The notes beneath the pieces are model-generated. The model saw nothing but the letters and a program-made list of their open reading frames with translations, was not told where the DNA came from and did not search any database. From a virus (taxonomy: Duplodnaviria > Heunggongvirae > Uroviricota > Caudoviricetes), in the IMG/VR virus record IMGVR_UViG_3300042890_003920: a DNA stretch of 47,255 nucleotides; one strand, 5' to 3'. The translations under genes and the position numbers were made by a program. Below, in pieces: positions 1 to 9,355 of this stretch. Position 1 is the first letter of the stretch, and every line of letters begins with the position of its first letter.

Positions 1-341
1 TAACTAACACCTACTATTTTTTTATCTTTATCTCTTATTGTAAGAGTTTTAACCATTTGAATAGTGTCACCTATTTTATAGTTGTTTCTGTAACCACTTA
101 TATAAGTAGTTGTATCAACATTTATGGTTGTTGAGTATTTAGCATCGTGATGGTTCATACCCCAGTGCCAACAAAATTCACCTTTCATCATTGAGTAACC
201 ATAATGATACTCATACTTATCTTCTGCAGATACTGAATCTTTTTCAACTACTACACCTGTAACATTTGAGTGTTTATAATCCATTTTCTCACAAGAAGTT
301 AGACTAAGTAATCCCAATAAAAATAATAATTTATATTTCAT
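1..341 (-). CDS. Putative lipoprotein, 3' end runs off the window (not in ORF track)
   Basis: ATG at 341; MKYKLLFLLGLLSLTSC lipobox-like signal; frame open to the window edge. Confidence 0.65.
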   Translation of the reverse strand, partial: MKYKLLFLLGLLSLTSCEKMDYKHSNVTGVVVEKDSVSAEDKYEYHYGYSMMKGEFCWHWGMNHHDAKYSTTINVDTTTYISGYRNNYKIGDTIQMVKTLTIRDKDKKIVGVS

Positions 342-432
342 TTCCTTTTTGTTTTAAATATTCATCTAAGTTAAAATCTTCTGGTATCTGACCATCAAAT
401 TGATTTAATAATTCCATGTAAATTTCTTTCAT
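331..432 (-). CDS. Small 33-aa hypothetical protein (MKEIYMELLNQFDGQIPEDF...)
   Basis: TAATG overlap with the upstream stop at 432; fills the gap in the operon. Confidence 0.45.
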   Translation of the reverse strand: MKEIYMELLNQFDGQIPEDFNLDEYLKQKGNEI

Positions 433-1019
433 TATCCTAATAGTGTTTTTAGAGCTTTATCTCTTTTTAATGTTTTTAATTCTGTGTCAATAGATTCCTT
501 AACCTTTTCATAACCTATAATTGTTTCGCTGTATATTTTTTCGTGATGTTCTAGAATGAATCCCCATAGTTGAGAAAGTATTAATGTACTTGTTTCTGTA
601 TTATCACAATTATATGATGCACTTCCACTTGTAAATGCAGTACCCACAACAGTTTTTATAACAGTAAATGATGCTAGATTTGCCTTATTATCATAAACAT
701 ATAATCTACTTCTAATTCGTAGAGTATTTGTAGGATTATATAATTCTATCGTATATGATCTTCTCTCACTAATACCATAATTCCTTTCTTGTTCAATTTT
801 ACTTGTCCAATCTTCAAGTTTAATAGATTCTAATACGTCTTTAAGTAAAGTATGGTCAGGATCAAAATCTTCCCATTTAGGAGTTTCATATTTTGGTATA
901 GGCAGACGTAGCCAGTCTTTATCTATTTCCTCAATAACTTTTTTCTTAGTTAGTGTATAGTTTTTATATGCAAAGTAAATTACTACTGCAAATAGTGTTA
1001 AGTTTATTAAGTATATCAT
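432..1019 (-). CDS. Hypothetical protein, N-terminal TM anchor, C-terminal RDKALKTLL motif
   Basis: ORF track; hydrophobic N-terminus. Confidence 0.8.
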   Translation of the reverse strand: MIYLINLTLFAVVIYFAYKNYTLTKKKVIEEIDKDWLRLPIPKYETPKWEDFDPDHTLLKDVLESIKLEDWTSKIEQERNYGISERRSYTIELYNPTNTLRIRSRLYVYDNKANLASFTVIKTVVGTAFTSGSASYNCDNTETSTLILSQLWGFILEHHEKIYSETIIGYEKVKESIDTELKTLKRDKALKTLLG

Positions 1020-1408
1020 TTTAATATTTTTCTAATTTTACGGTCTCGTTCTTCAGATTTTTTATTTTCTTCTTCTTCTTTAAGAAAATCTTCATATTCT
1101 TTTGTATCATACATACTCATATCTGTTTCATGATTAGAAACACTTGATAATAAAATAAAGATAATTATTACAATTGGTATTAAAATTGTGGTAAACCAAT
1201 CCATTTGTTTATTATTTATAGAACAAAGACCTATAAATGCTTGTATTTTTAGCCATAATATGAATAATTTCTTTTTATCTATGTTACCTAACCTGGTTTT
1301 CACTTTATATTTTACCATTTTAGAAGACTTTGTAGAAAAGTATATTAGTATAGCGATAATAGAAAGTGGGATAAAAAATAAACAGAACATAAATATATTA
1401 CTTACCAT
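1016..1408 (-). CDS. Hypothetical membrane protein, C-terminal RDRKIRKIL motif
   Basis: ORF track 1016..1417; start moved to 1408 on TAATG coupling; two hydrophobic segments. Confidence 0.75.
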   Translation of the reverse strand: MVSNIFMFCLFFIPLSIIAILIYFSTKSSKMVKYKVKTRLGNIDKKKLFILWLKIQAFIGLCSINNKQMDWFTTILIPIVIIIFILLSSVSNHETDMSMYDTKEYEDFLKEEEENKKSEERDRKIRKILK

Positions 1409-1608
1409 TATTTCCAAAATTTATACCACTTCTTTTCAGTATCTTCAAGTAGTGCGTTAATCTTTTCGTCTCTTTTTTCTGCTTGTTTACATGATTTACA
1501 TAGATGTGGATCCATATCGTGATGTAGTGCGTGTCCTGTACTTTCCCCACAATTTTTACAATCGTGTGTTAACCAAGATGAGTCTGAACCTTCGTGAAAG
1601 TGTGCCAT
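1408..1608 (-). CDS. Small putative Zn-binding protein (CxxC...CxxC) with RDEKINALL motif
   Basis: HDCKNC and HLCKSC motifs. Confidence 0.7.
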   Translation of the reverse strand: MAHFHEGSDSSWLTHDCKNCGESTGHALHHDMDPHLCKSCKQAEKRDEKINALLEDTEKKWYKFWK

Positions 1609-1609
1609 A

Positions 1610-1873
1610 TTATTGTAAAATTAAATTTAATTTATATTCTCTACTAAATGCTTTTATTTCTACATAAGGTATTTTTTTAAACCTTGATGCGTGTTTTATT
1701 CTGCCATCATCTGTGTGATAGTAAACTTGTTTTTTTCTTTGGTATTCTTGTCCGGTGATAACAACTAATTCATTATCTAAATATAGATAATTAGGAACAC
1801 CTAATTTTTCTAGTGTTCTCCAGTAATCTCCTTGTAAACTTAAATTTTCTGCGGTAATTATTTTTAAAATTAT
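1610..1873 (-). CDS. Unannotated ~87-aa ORF with non-ATG (ATA/ATT) start, ending SREYKLNLILQ
   Basis: Open frame fills the gap between promoter 1878-1885 and the gene at 1608; carries the shared C-terminal motif. Confidence 0.55.
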   Translation of the reverse strand: MILKIITAENLSLQGDYWRTLEKLGVPNYLYLDNELVVITGQEYQRKKQVYYHTDDGRIKHASRFKKIPYVEIKAFSREYKLNLILQ

Positions 1874-1877
1874 ATTA

Positions 1878-1885
1878 CAAAGATA
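1878..1885 (-). promoter_or_regulatory. Bacteroidota sigma70-type -7 element TATCTTTG
   Basis: Matches TAnnTTTG; heads the minus-strand small-gene operon. Confidence 0.7.
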
Positions 1886-1898
1886 CGATATAAAATGA

Positions 1899-1926
1899 AA
1901 AAAACTAATTTTTCAATTAGTTTTTT
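1899..1926. terminator. Intrinsic terminator
   Basis: AAAACTAAT/ATTAGTTTT stem with A/T tracts at the end of 1925..3181. Confidence 0.6.
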
Positions 1927-3181
1927 ATCTTTTCTCATAAAATGATGAACCTCCACCGGTATCTTGTAATCTATGGTAAGGTCTTTCAACATCATTACCA
2001 TCATTATAAAGTAATCCTTTCTCTTGACTATAATAACTAAATGTATCCATATATGGATATTTTTTATAATCTTTTGGTTCTACTTTAATTGTAGTATAAA
2101 AGTCCTCATCATAAACCTGTTTATAATTCTTTTCATCTGCCCATTTTTTAAATAGTTTAATATAACTATCTTTTGTAGTGTATATTCGATCCATCAACTT
2201 TTTACCATCAACATCAGTCCATAGTAAAGCTCTACCAAGTAATTTTTCACCGTTAAGACTTTTAAATATAAGTAACTGACATACTTCTGGATTTTCTGTA
2301 TAAATATCAAAATAATCTTTACAACTATTATATCTCATACAAGAGTTACCTAGCTGTCCTGATTTAGTTGCATATTTATCTTCTGAGTACCAGTGTTTAA
2401 TATCTTCTCCATCAACTATTTCAAAATGTTCAAAAGCATTTTTTATAAATAAGATTGCTGCTGTATATGCGTTTACAAATTTTTCAACATCTGCTGCACT
2501 ATATTCCTCACGTTTACCAAGATCACTATTTGGATTTTCTTTAAAATAAATATCCAAAATTCTATTTACGAATCTACCAACCTTAATACTACTTTTTATT
2601 TCTGGTAGTTCTGCATTATCAACAATTCCAGATGTATTATTAGAAGAGTCATCAAATGCTATAACACGAACCATAGGATCTGTAATGTTTTCTAAATGGT
2701 AAAGTGTATAAATTGCAAATGCATCACCATGTGCTGAACCGTCATAAGTACCTAATAATTTCCAATTATTTGATCCGACATTCTTTATATCATCAGCATT
2801 TCTTGGAAACATTAAACCTTCTCTTGATATTCCACAACTATCTATAATTGAGTGATCTCCAACTATATTTGTAATTGATCCATCCTCAACTCCTACAAGA
2901 TTTATTATATTGTTATCATATTTAATTTTATTATCTGGTACGAAACTTACTTTATCAATTTCTTTATCTAACCCAATATAATTTTGAATTAGTTTTAGAT
3001 CTTTACCTGCAATTTTCAAAAGTGTATTAGAAACGTGATAAACCGGTGAAGTCCAAGGTTCATTTGCACATATATCATTTAAGATTTGTCTAAAATCTTT
3101 CATATAGATTAGGTTAGACTCTAATAGTAGATCATATATTGTTGATTCAAATACGAAGTTGTTATATTTATTAAGCTTCAT
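1925..3181 (-). CDS. SCMRY-family uncharacterised protein, paralogue 1 (putative virion-internal)
   Basis: SCMRY, GRALLW, MDRIYT, YPYMDT motifs; N-terminus MKLNKYNNFVFES. Confidence 0.85.
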   Translation of the reverse strand: MKLNKYNNFVFESTIYDLLLESNLIYMKDFRQILNDICANEPWTSPVYHVSNTLLKIAGKDLKLIQNYIGLDKEIDKVSFVPDNKIKYDNNIINLVGVEDGSITNIVGDHSIIDSCGISREGLMFPRNADDIKNVGSNNWKLLGTYDGSAHGDAFAIYTLYHLENITDPMVRVIAFDDSSNNTSGIVDNAELPEIKSSIKVGRFVNRILDIYFKENPNSDLGKREEYSAADVEKFVNAYTAAILFIKNAFEHFEIVDGEDIKHWYSEDKYATKSGQLGNSCMRYNSCKDYFDIYTENPEVCQLLIFKSLNGEKLLGRALLWTDVDGKKLMDRIYTTKDSYIKLFKKWADEKNYKQVYDEDFYTTIKVEPKDYKKYPYMDTFSYYSQEKGLLYNDGNDVERPYHRLQDTGGGSSFYEKR

Positions 3182-3185
3182 AATA

Positions 3186-3470
3186 TTATCTTTTGTGTTT
3201 TAGGTAAAATTCTTCTAAAGTGTGACCATACCTCTTAATTATGGCATATTTTTTTATTTCGATTTGCTCATCTGGTGTATGAAATTGAGATAATGTTTCT
3301 GAAACAACTGCATTTATATAATCTTCTACATTATTATAATTTTCTACTGGAGTTTGTGCACAAACTTGTAAAACTTTTCTCCATACTGAAATTGATGCAA
3401 TGTCTGTATCATCTTCTGTCAAAGTAGGATTATATTTTAAAATCTCATTAAATTTTTTTAAGTACTTCAT
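3186..3470 (-). CDS. Small hypothetical protein with capsid-targeting-like N-terminus
   Basis: MKYLKKFNE N-terminus. Confidence 0.75.
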   Translation of the reverse strand: MKYLKKFNEILKYNPTLTEDDTDIASISVWRKVLQVCAQTPVENYNNVEDYINAVVSETLSQFHTPDEQIEIKKYAIIKRYGHTLEEFYLKHKR

Positions 3471-3488
3471 TATTATATTTTTATATTT

Positions 3489-4658
3489 TTATGTTCTCCA
3501 ATCTGGTTCACCGTCTGTCTCATCTAACTGAGCATAAGGTTTTTGGAATATTTGACTATTTGATAATTTTCCTTCATCCGCATCATAGAATATAAATGTG
3601 TCCATATAAGGATAAAGTTCGTAATCTTTTGTATTTACTTTAACAACTGATTTTGATTCAATTCCCTTTGTGTATCCATTTTGATTTGCCCATTTAAGAA
3701 ATATGTTATCATAACTATCTTTATTTGTATAAACACGGTCCATATATTTTTTACCATTTTCTAATGTCCATAAAAGTGCTCTACCTCTTAATTCATTCTC
3801 TGTATTTGTAAATATAAGTAATTTACAAACTTGTGGATTTTCTACATATATATCAAGAAAATCCTGACATTTAGGATATCTCATACAAGAGTTTGCAAGT
3901 TGTCCACCATCAGAACTCTCATACATACTTTCATGATACCATTTTCTAATGTCTTCTCCTTCAACTACTTTAAAATGATTTAAAGCATCTTTTTTCATAA
4001 GAACTTCTGCTTGGTACATATTTACAAGTCTTTCAATTGTAGCAGCGGGATAATTTTTACCAATTGCACTTAGGAACTTATTTATAAATCTACCTAATTT
4101 AACATCACCTTTTCTATTTGAAGTCGAACCAATTGGTATTAAAGCTTGTGCTCCTCTGTGGTAATAAACTACAATAAATTTACTTGGTGTATCAAAGTCT
4201 TGTAAGTAATAAAATGTTAAATTATTATATTCATTTAGTTCTTGTTTTTTAACAAGTTTCCATCTATTTAATGTCAATGATCTTGGATGTATATTTATTA
4301 AACCTTCACCAGGTATATCTAAGTCTGTAAATAAACTATGTGGATTATTACTACTATAGTCTAATAGGTCTACAGTTGGTTTTATTTTATAAATTAGATC
4401 TTCTTCGCTAACTTTATCATCCGGAACAAAGGAAATCATACCTTGTTTATCTGATACATCAATACAATTACTATCAACTGCAACATCTATATTCATATAA
4501 CCTCTAATTAAACTTGATAGATCTTCAACTTCTGCATCACCTGATGTTGACAAAGTATCTAAAATTTCCATAAAATCTGAACTAAATACCATTTTACCTT
4601 CTAAAATAAGGTTATAAATCTGTGATTCTAGTATAAATTCGTTGTATTTGCTTATCAT
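3489..4658 (-). CDS. SCMRY-family protein, paralogue 2
   Basis: Same core motifs; N-terminus MISKYNEFILES. Confidence 0.85.
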   Translation of the reverse strand: MISKYNEFILESQIYNLILEGKMVFSSDFMEILDTLSTSGDAEVEDLSSLIRGYMNIDVAVDSNCIDVSDKQGMISFVPDDKVSEEDLIYKIKPTVDLLDYSSNNPHSLFTDLDIPGEGLINIHPRSLTLNRWKLVKKQELNEYNNLTFYYLQDFDTPSKFIVVYYHRGAQALIPIGSTSNRKGDVKLGRFINKFLSAIGKNYPAATIERLVNMYQAEVLMKKDALNHFKVVEGEDIRKWYHESMYESSDGGQLANSCMRYPKCQDFLDIYVENPQVCKLLIFTNTENELRGRALLWTLENGKKYMDRVYTNKDSYDNIFLKWANQNGYTKGIESKSVVKVNTKDYELYPYMDTFIFYDADEGKLSNSQIFQKPYAQLDETDGEPDWRT

Positions 4659-4722
4659 AACTTATATATTAAATAATTTTAGTCAAATAAACAATTTTAC
4701 TAATTTTGATATAATAAATCAT

Positions 4723-4875
4723 ATGAAGATTTTAGAAGGATTATTTACAAAAGCAACAGATAAGTCATATAGTGGTAGAATATATCCTGAAAGTATGTTT
4801 CATTATCATCTAATGGTTAAAAAAATGAGATCAAGTAGAAGGAGATCTAGAATAATTAAATTATTTATACAATAA
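4723..4875 (+). CDS. 50-aa protein resembling the N-terminus of T4 gp21-type prohead protease
   Basis: Start reset to ATG 4723 behind promoter 4689-4715; ILEGLF...SGRIYPES resembles gp21 EGIFxQA...NxRxYP (recalled, not searched). Confidence 0.5.
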   Translation: MKILEGLFTKATDKSYSGRIYPESMFHYHLMVKKMRSSRRRSRIIKLFIQ

Positions 4876-4876
4876 A

Positions 4877-4907
4877 TTTGGTTATCTAAATATATATTGT
4901 ATATTTG
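4877..4907 (+). promoter_or_regulatory. Complete Bacteroidota promoter: -33 TTTG, 19-nt spacer, -7 TATATTTG
   Basis: TTTG 4877-4880 and TATATTTG 4900-4907. Confidence 0.8.
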
Positions 4908-4926
4908 TAAAACAAAACAATCACAT

Positions 4927-5397
4927 ATGAAAACACTAGTTAAATTTTTATCAGTAGTTATTTTATTTTTATCAACTTCTTTATCGGCACAAAGAATTTA
5001 TAAAATGTCAATTAAGAATGATACACTTTTTATTAAGTCAGTCGATTCAATTCCAAAAATGGATATCGTAATTCAAACCGATTCAACTCCAATGTTTGAA
5101 CTTTATGATGTAGATTCAAAAGTATTATTAGGAACAGAGAAGAAATCTAACTTTACCGATGATACAATTGCTAAGTTCAAGGATATGAATAATGGTGATA
5201 CTAAAATTTCAGATAGACTTAAATTTAATATTGATGGTGATACTGTAGAATTATTTTATTACTCGGACACTTTTATAAGTAATTATTTCACACCACAACT
5301 TTTAGATAAAACAAACTATGTTTTAAAAATTAAAGACAATACAAAGACACTTACATATACCATTACAAACGGTGAAATAAAAAAAGAGACTTTATAG
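4927..5397 (+). CDS. Exported hypothetical protein (signal peptide ending SLSA|Q)
   Basis: Start reset to MKTLVKFL at 4927, downstream of the promoter. Confidence 0.75.
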   Translation: MKTLVKFLSVVILFLSTSLSAQRIYKMSIKNDTLFIKSVDSIPKMDIVIQTDSTPMFELYDVDSKVLLGTEKKSNFTDDTIAKFKDMNNGDTKISDRLKFNIDGDTVELFYYSDTFISNYFTPQLLDKTNYVLKIKDNTKTLTYTITNGEIKKETL

Positions 5398-5407
5398 TCT
5401 CTTTTTT
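5380..5407. terminator. Bidirectional intrinsic terminator
   Basis: AAAAAGAGAC-TTTATA-GTCTCTTTTT between convergent genes. Confidence 0.8.
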
Positions 5408-5411
5408 TATA

Positions 5412-6785
5412 TTATTTACATACACTATAACAACTGTAATCTGTTTTACCTATTGGTGAGAATATTTTAATTTGTACTACTCTATTATTACCATTAAGTT
5501 TAAATTTAACTTTTACTGGTGTTCCTGTTGTATATGGATCAGTATCATAAAATGTAAAGGTTCTATATCCTCTAAATCCTGGTTTACCCCACATATTTTT
5601 AAGTATTTTCATATAATCTCCTGTATCTTGACCTGCCTTGAATGCGTCATAACCATTCTTTTTTGCCTCTGGTGTTAACATAAAGTCAACTAATTCTTCA
5701 AATGAAGTAAATGTTTTGGTAATTAGATTTTTTACTGAACTTGATTTTGCCGCAGACATTCCTTTTTCGCCACTAACTTTTGTTAGTTCTACAACATATC
5801 TTGGTATATAATTAAAATTTACACGATTTGTATCTTGTGATGTCATATTATCTACAAAGTATCCTGAGTCTCCTACTACCTGTCCGTCAATCAAAACTTG
5901 AACTCTATCTGGAATTCCACCTGGTGATAAAATTATTTCTCCACCACCAACTTGATCAGTTACATCAAAGTCTGTAGTAATACTATAATCTGTTGCTGCT
6001 GTTAAAGTTTTTCCACCAGGTGATAGTGCAGTCCAATTACACGGTGTATCAAAGTCCATTGCAATTATTTCAACATTAACATATTGTTCTTTGGTGTATT
6101 TCGGTAGATTGACTGCTTTTTTCATACCAATTCTCTTAGCTTCTGCATCATCAAATGGAGTATCGCCAACTTTAGGATCGAATTTTGGCTTAAAAACTCC
6201 ACCAGTTTTATACTCATTTATAACTCTTAGTGCTTCTTCTGCTCTTAATCTAGCAAGTTCACCTTCTGCATAATTACTACGAACTCGTGACTCTGATGAG
6301 TGTATTATTAACTTGAAAGTTTTACTTTTACTATTTGTAACAAAGTCTTTTATTTGCTGAAGTTTACTATTCATTTGTTGAAGATCTGAACCACTTAGTT
6401 TATACTCACCACTTCTAAAATTACTTGAAAAGTCAATTTTTAAAATACCTGGTGTAGGTCCACTTGGTCCACCAAAATTAGTAGTTGTATCACTACTATC
6501 TGATTTATCAACTTTAACAAACTTTTCGGTTTTGTTTTTATCACTTGAATCTAATTTGTTATATTCTTTCGCAAATGCAGGACTACTACTTAGCAAAGTA
6601 GTTATTACACCCGCTGTTAAAACACCTTTCGCAAGTAAATCTTTTATAGTATTTACTTTTAATAGACCTTTTTCAGCAACTTCTTTGATTCTATCAACTA
6701 AACCCTCGTTTATTTGATTGTTCTCATTTACACTTAGAATGTAATTAAGTATTTTTGTTTCTTCGTAAGTATTGATATATTTCAT
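5412..6785 (-). CDS. Putative virion-internal protein with a hydrophobic segment and OmpA-C-like domain
   Basis: MKYINTYEE N-terminus; FSSNFRSGEYKL...IIHSSESRV...LARLRAEE pattern resembles OmpA_C. Confidence 0.6.
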   Translation of the reverse strand: MKYINTYEETKILNYILSVNENNQINEGLVDRIKEVAEKGLLKVNTIKDLLAKGVLTAGVITTLLSSSPAFAKEYNKLDSSDKNKTEKFVKVDKSDSSDTTTNFGGPSGPTPGILKIDFSSNFRSGEYKLSGSDLQQMNSKLQQIKDFVTNSKSKTFKLIIHSSESRVRSNYAEGELARLRAEEALRVINEYKTGGVFKPKFDPKVGDTPFDDAEAKRIGMKKAVNLPKYTKEQYVNVEIIAMDFDTPCNWTALSPGGKTLTAATDYSITTDFDVTDQVGGGEIILSPGGIPDRVQVLIDGQVVGDSGYFVDNMTSQDTNRVNFNYIPRYVVELTKVSGEKGMSAAKSSSVKNLITKTFTSFEELVDFMLTPEAKKNGYDAFKAGQDTGDYMKILKNMWGKPGFRGYRTFTFYDTDPYTTGTPVKVKFKLNGNNRVVQIKIFSPIGKTDYSCYSVCK

Positions 6786-6951
6786 AAAACTATATATTAA
6801 ATAAAAAAGATGTCAAATGACATCTTAGTTTAAAATTTTATCTATATTATTACTTCTGTTTAATCTTTTTTTATCTTCGTCAGTGTGATTTTTTTTTATT
6901 TTCACAAATATATGAAATTGTTTTTGAACTATAAAATATAATATATACTTT

Positions 6952-8289
6952 ATGAGAATTAAAAAATACAACAACTTTCTATTAGAGTCTTTATTATTAG
7001 AGTCACAATTTATAATTGATGATAATTTTAGAGAAATAATTACACAAATTAAACACGAGAACTTTGGAAATATTGAAGGCAAAGTTGCAGAATTTATACT
7101 TAGTGTAGTTGGTGATGAATTAGACTTAGTTTATAATTATATAAGTGATACTACTAAACCGGGATTGATTTCTTTTATTCCTGATGATAAGATTGATTTT
7201 AGTCAGGTTGCAATTGATCGTAGTAGAATGTTAAGACCTGATCAGAATGATAATCTTATTAAAGCTTATGGTATTCCATTCAAAGGATTGATTAGTGACT
7301 TATACGGAACTGTAAATGATTTTAAATTACTTAAAGTTATTGATAGTAACGGTAAAATGGTAAATGATAGATATCGAGTTGGTGGATATTACTTTTATTA
7401 TTTACAAAACAATGAAGATCCTCAAAAGTTTGTTGCACTTTACAGAGAAAAATCAGGAAACACGGGTAAAGTTGTATTTGCCAATATTCCTGAAACAAGA
7501 AGAAGTGAAGTTAAATTAGGTAGATTTATAAATAAATTAGTGGATATTTACTCTAAAAGTGACGCATTAAAAAACTCAGATAATTCATATGACGAAGTAC
7601 CATTCTTTGATTTTAAAGCATCTGATATTGAGAAGTTTGTAAATGCTTATACTGCAAAAGTTCTATTTGAACAAAATGCACTTGAAAGATTTAAGGTTGT
7701 TTCTGGTGAAGAAATTAGAAAGTGGTATGATGAAAAGAATTATAGTAATATCAATGGTGGTGGTCAGTTAAATAGTTCTTGTATGAGATACAGTAAATGT
7801 CAGAAGTATTTTGATATTTATGTTGATAATCCTAAAGTTTGTCAGTTACTAATTCTTATGGATGGTACAGATAAAAAGATTTTGGGTAGAGCACTACTTT
7901 GGAAGACAGAGAGTGGTGGAAATTTCATGGATCGTGTTTATACATCTAAAGATAACTATATGAAAGTATTTAAACAATGGGGTGAACAAAATAATTATCA
8001 GATGAAAAGTTCTTGGGGTTATCTTAATAATAAAGAAGATGTTGTAGTTAAGGTAAAACCTAAACTTTATTCTTATTATCCTTATATGGATACATTATCA
8101 TGTTATGCACCAGTAAAAGGTATTTTATCAAATAATACTATTGATTATGATTCATATCCTGATCTTAAACTAGATAGAACATTCAAATCAATTTTTAAAG
8201 ATATTTTTACTCTAAAAAAGAAGAGTTATAGATATGGTACTCCACTTTTTAGTTTAGGTTCAGTTTCTGGTGAAGCAAGTACATATTAA
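6952..8289 (+). CDS. SCMRY-family protein, paralogue 3
   Basis: Same core motifs; N-terminus MRIKKYNNFLLESLLLES. Confidence 0.85.
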   Translation: MRIKKYNNFLLESLLLESQFIIDDNFREIITQIKHENFGNIEGKVAEFILSVVGDELDLVYNYISDTTKPGLISFIPDDKIDFSQVAIDRSRMLRPDQNDNLIKAYGIPFKGLISDLYGTVNDFKLLKVIDSNGKMVNDRYRVGGYYFYYLQNNEDPQKFVALYREKSGNTGKVVFANIPETRRSEVKLGRFINKLVDIYSKSDALKNSDNSYDEVPFFDFKASDIEKFVNAYTAKVLFEQNALERFKVVSGEEIRKWYDEKNYSNINGGGQLNSSCMRYSKCQKYFDIYVDNPKVCQLLILMDGTDKKILGRALLWKTESGGNFMDRVYTSKDNYMKVFKQWGEQNNYQMKSSWGYLNNKEDVVVKVKPKLYSYYPYMDTLSCYAPVKGILSNNTIDYDSYPDLKLDRTFKSIFKDIFTLKKKSYRYGTPLFSLGSVSGEASTY

Positions 8290-8313
8290 AAAAGAGACCA
8301 TTTGGTCTCTTTT
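8288..8313. terminator. Bidirectional intrinsic terminator
   Basis: AAAAGAGACCA-TT-TGGTCTCTTTT between convergent genes. Confidence 0.75.
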
Positions 8314-8317
8314 AAGT

Positions 8318-9106
8318 TCAGTCAAATAACATTCTATCTGCCGGATTATAAACATCTTCTAAAGCCATTACTAACTTTTGTAGGTCGCCTTTATAAAAAC
8401 CAGAACAGTTTACACAATTTATTTCTACAATCTTCCAACCATCTGGTGTTAAACAGATATCCATTACAAAAGCTGGTGCAACTTGGTATATATCAACCAT
8501 TGATTGAGCGAATTCTAAGCCTTCTGGTTCAACATTTTCACTATAAGCGACGTTCTCGTTAAACTTATAATAAGAACTCGTTACAACCTTTCCATCGACT
8601 ATCCAGACTCTAGCTTCTTTATAGATTTTCTTAGGTGATCCAACTTGTATAGTTACTGGTGGCATCACTCCTAAATACTTTTCTTTAACCATTTGAACGG
8701 TGTCTTCCCATTTAACCTTACTGTATAGTTTACCATTAAATACTTTGCTATCTTTGGATGGTCTAATGAATTTAATCTCATTCGGTTCCCAAATAATTGG
8801 ATCTGCAATATCTTTTAATAAACTATCATAGTTCAAAAGATTATTTTTATAAAAGAGTTTATAGATCTGGAAGTCATGATTTTCTCCATAGAAAGAACCA
8901 GGTTCCCACCCCATACTTGCCGCAAGACGTGCTGCTCTAACAGAACCAAAAACGAATACGTCTTTACGTTTATTCATTAGTTTAGCTATGTCACCATTGG
9001 CATCAATTTTGAGTACCTCGTATGATAGTTTAAGACGTTTCATAACGTCAAATATTTTGTTATAGTTTTCTTCTCTGAAAACATTTTCTTGTATTACGTA
9101 AAACAT
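8318..9106 (-). CDS. ATP-grasp domain protein (DUF4343/R2K-like)
   Basis: FIRPSKDSKVFNG, EARVWIVDGKVVTSSYY, FVMDIC...WKIVEINCVNCSGFY. Confidence 0.8.
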   Translation of the reverse strand: MFYVIQENVFREENYNKIFDVMKRLKLSYEVLKIDANGDIAKLMNKRKDVFVFGSVRAARLAASMGWEPGSFYGENHDFQIYKLFYKNNLLNYDSLLKDIADPIIWEPNEIKFIRPSKDSKVFNGKLYSKVKWEDTVQMVKEKYLGVMPPVTIQVGSPKKIYKEARVWIVDGKVVTSSYYKFNENVAYSENVEPEGLEFAQSMVDIYQVAPAFVMDICLTPDGWKIVEINCVNCSGFYKGDLQKLVMALEDVYNPADRMLFD

Positions 9107-9291
9107 TATAGGTAAAAGTTATAAATTAAAAATGAACTGCAAAAAATATTTACGGCACTTGCGAAATAGAAAAAGTATTTGATCCATTTGTATTCTGGTT
9201 CAGTAACTTGATATTTTCCATATCGATAAAAAAGGTAAGCTATAATATAGCCGAGTATAATAACTGGTATTAAAATTGTATTTGGTATCAT
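9106..9291 (-). CDS. Small two-TM membrane protein
   Basis: Two hydrophobic helices; TAnnTTTG at 9306-9313. Confidence 0.7.
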   Translation of the reverse strand: MIPNTILIPVIILGYIIAYLFYRYGKYQVTEPEYKWIKYFFYFASAVNIFCSSFLIYNFYL

Positions 9292-9355
9292 AATGTAATT
9301 TTTTACAAATATAGTTATTTATTTGAACTTTCTACTATTTTTAGATAAAATAAAA

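Noticed and set aside
6825-7082. 85-aa minus ORF ending RSNNIDKILN
   Set aside because: It mostly overlaps the SCMRY gene antisense, and the only plausible GTG start overlaps the -7 promoter element; at most a relic of a tagged gene.
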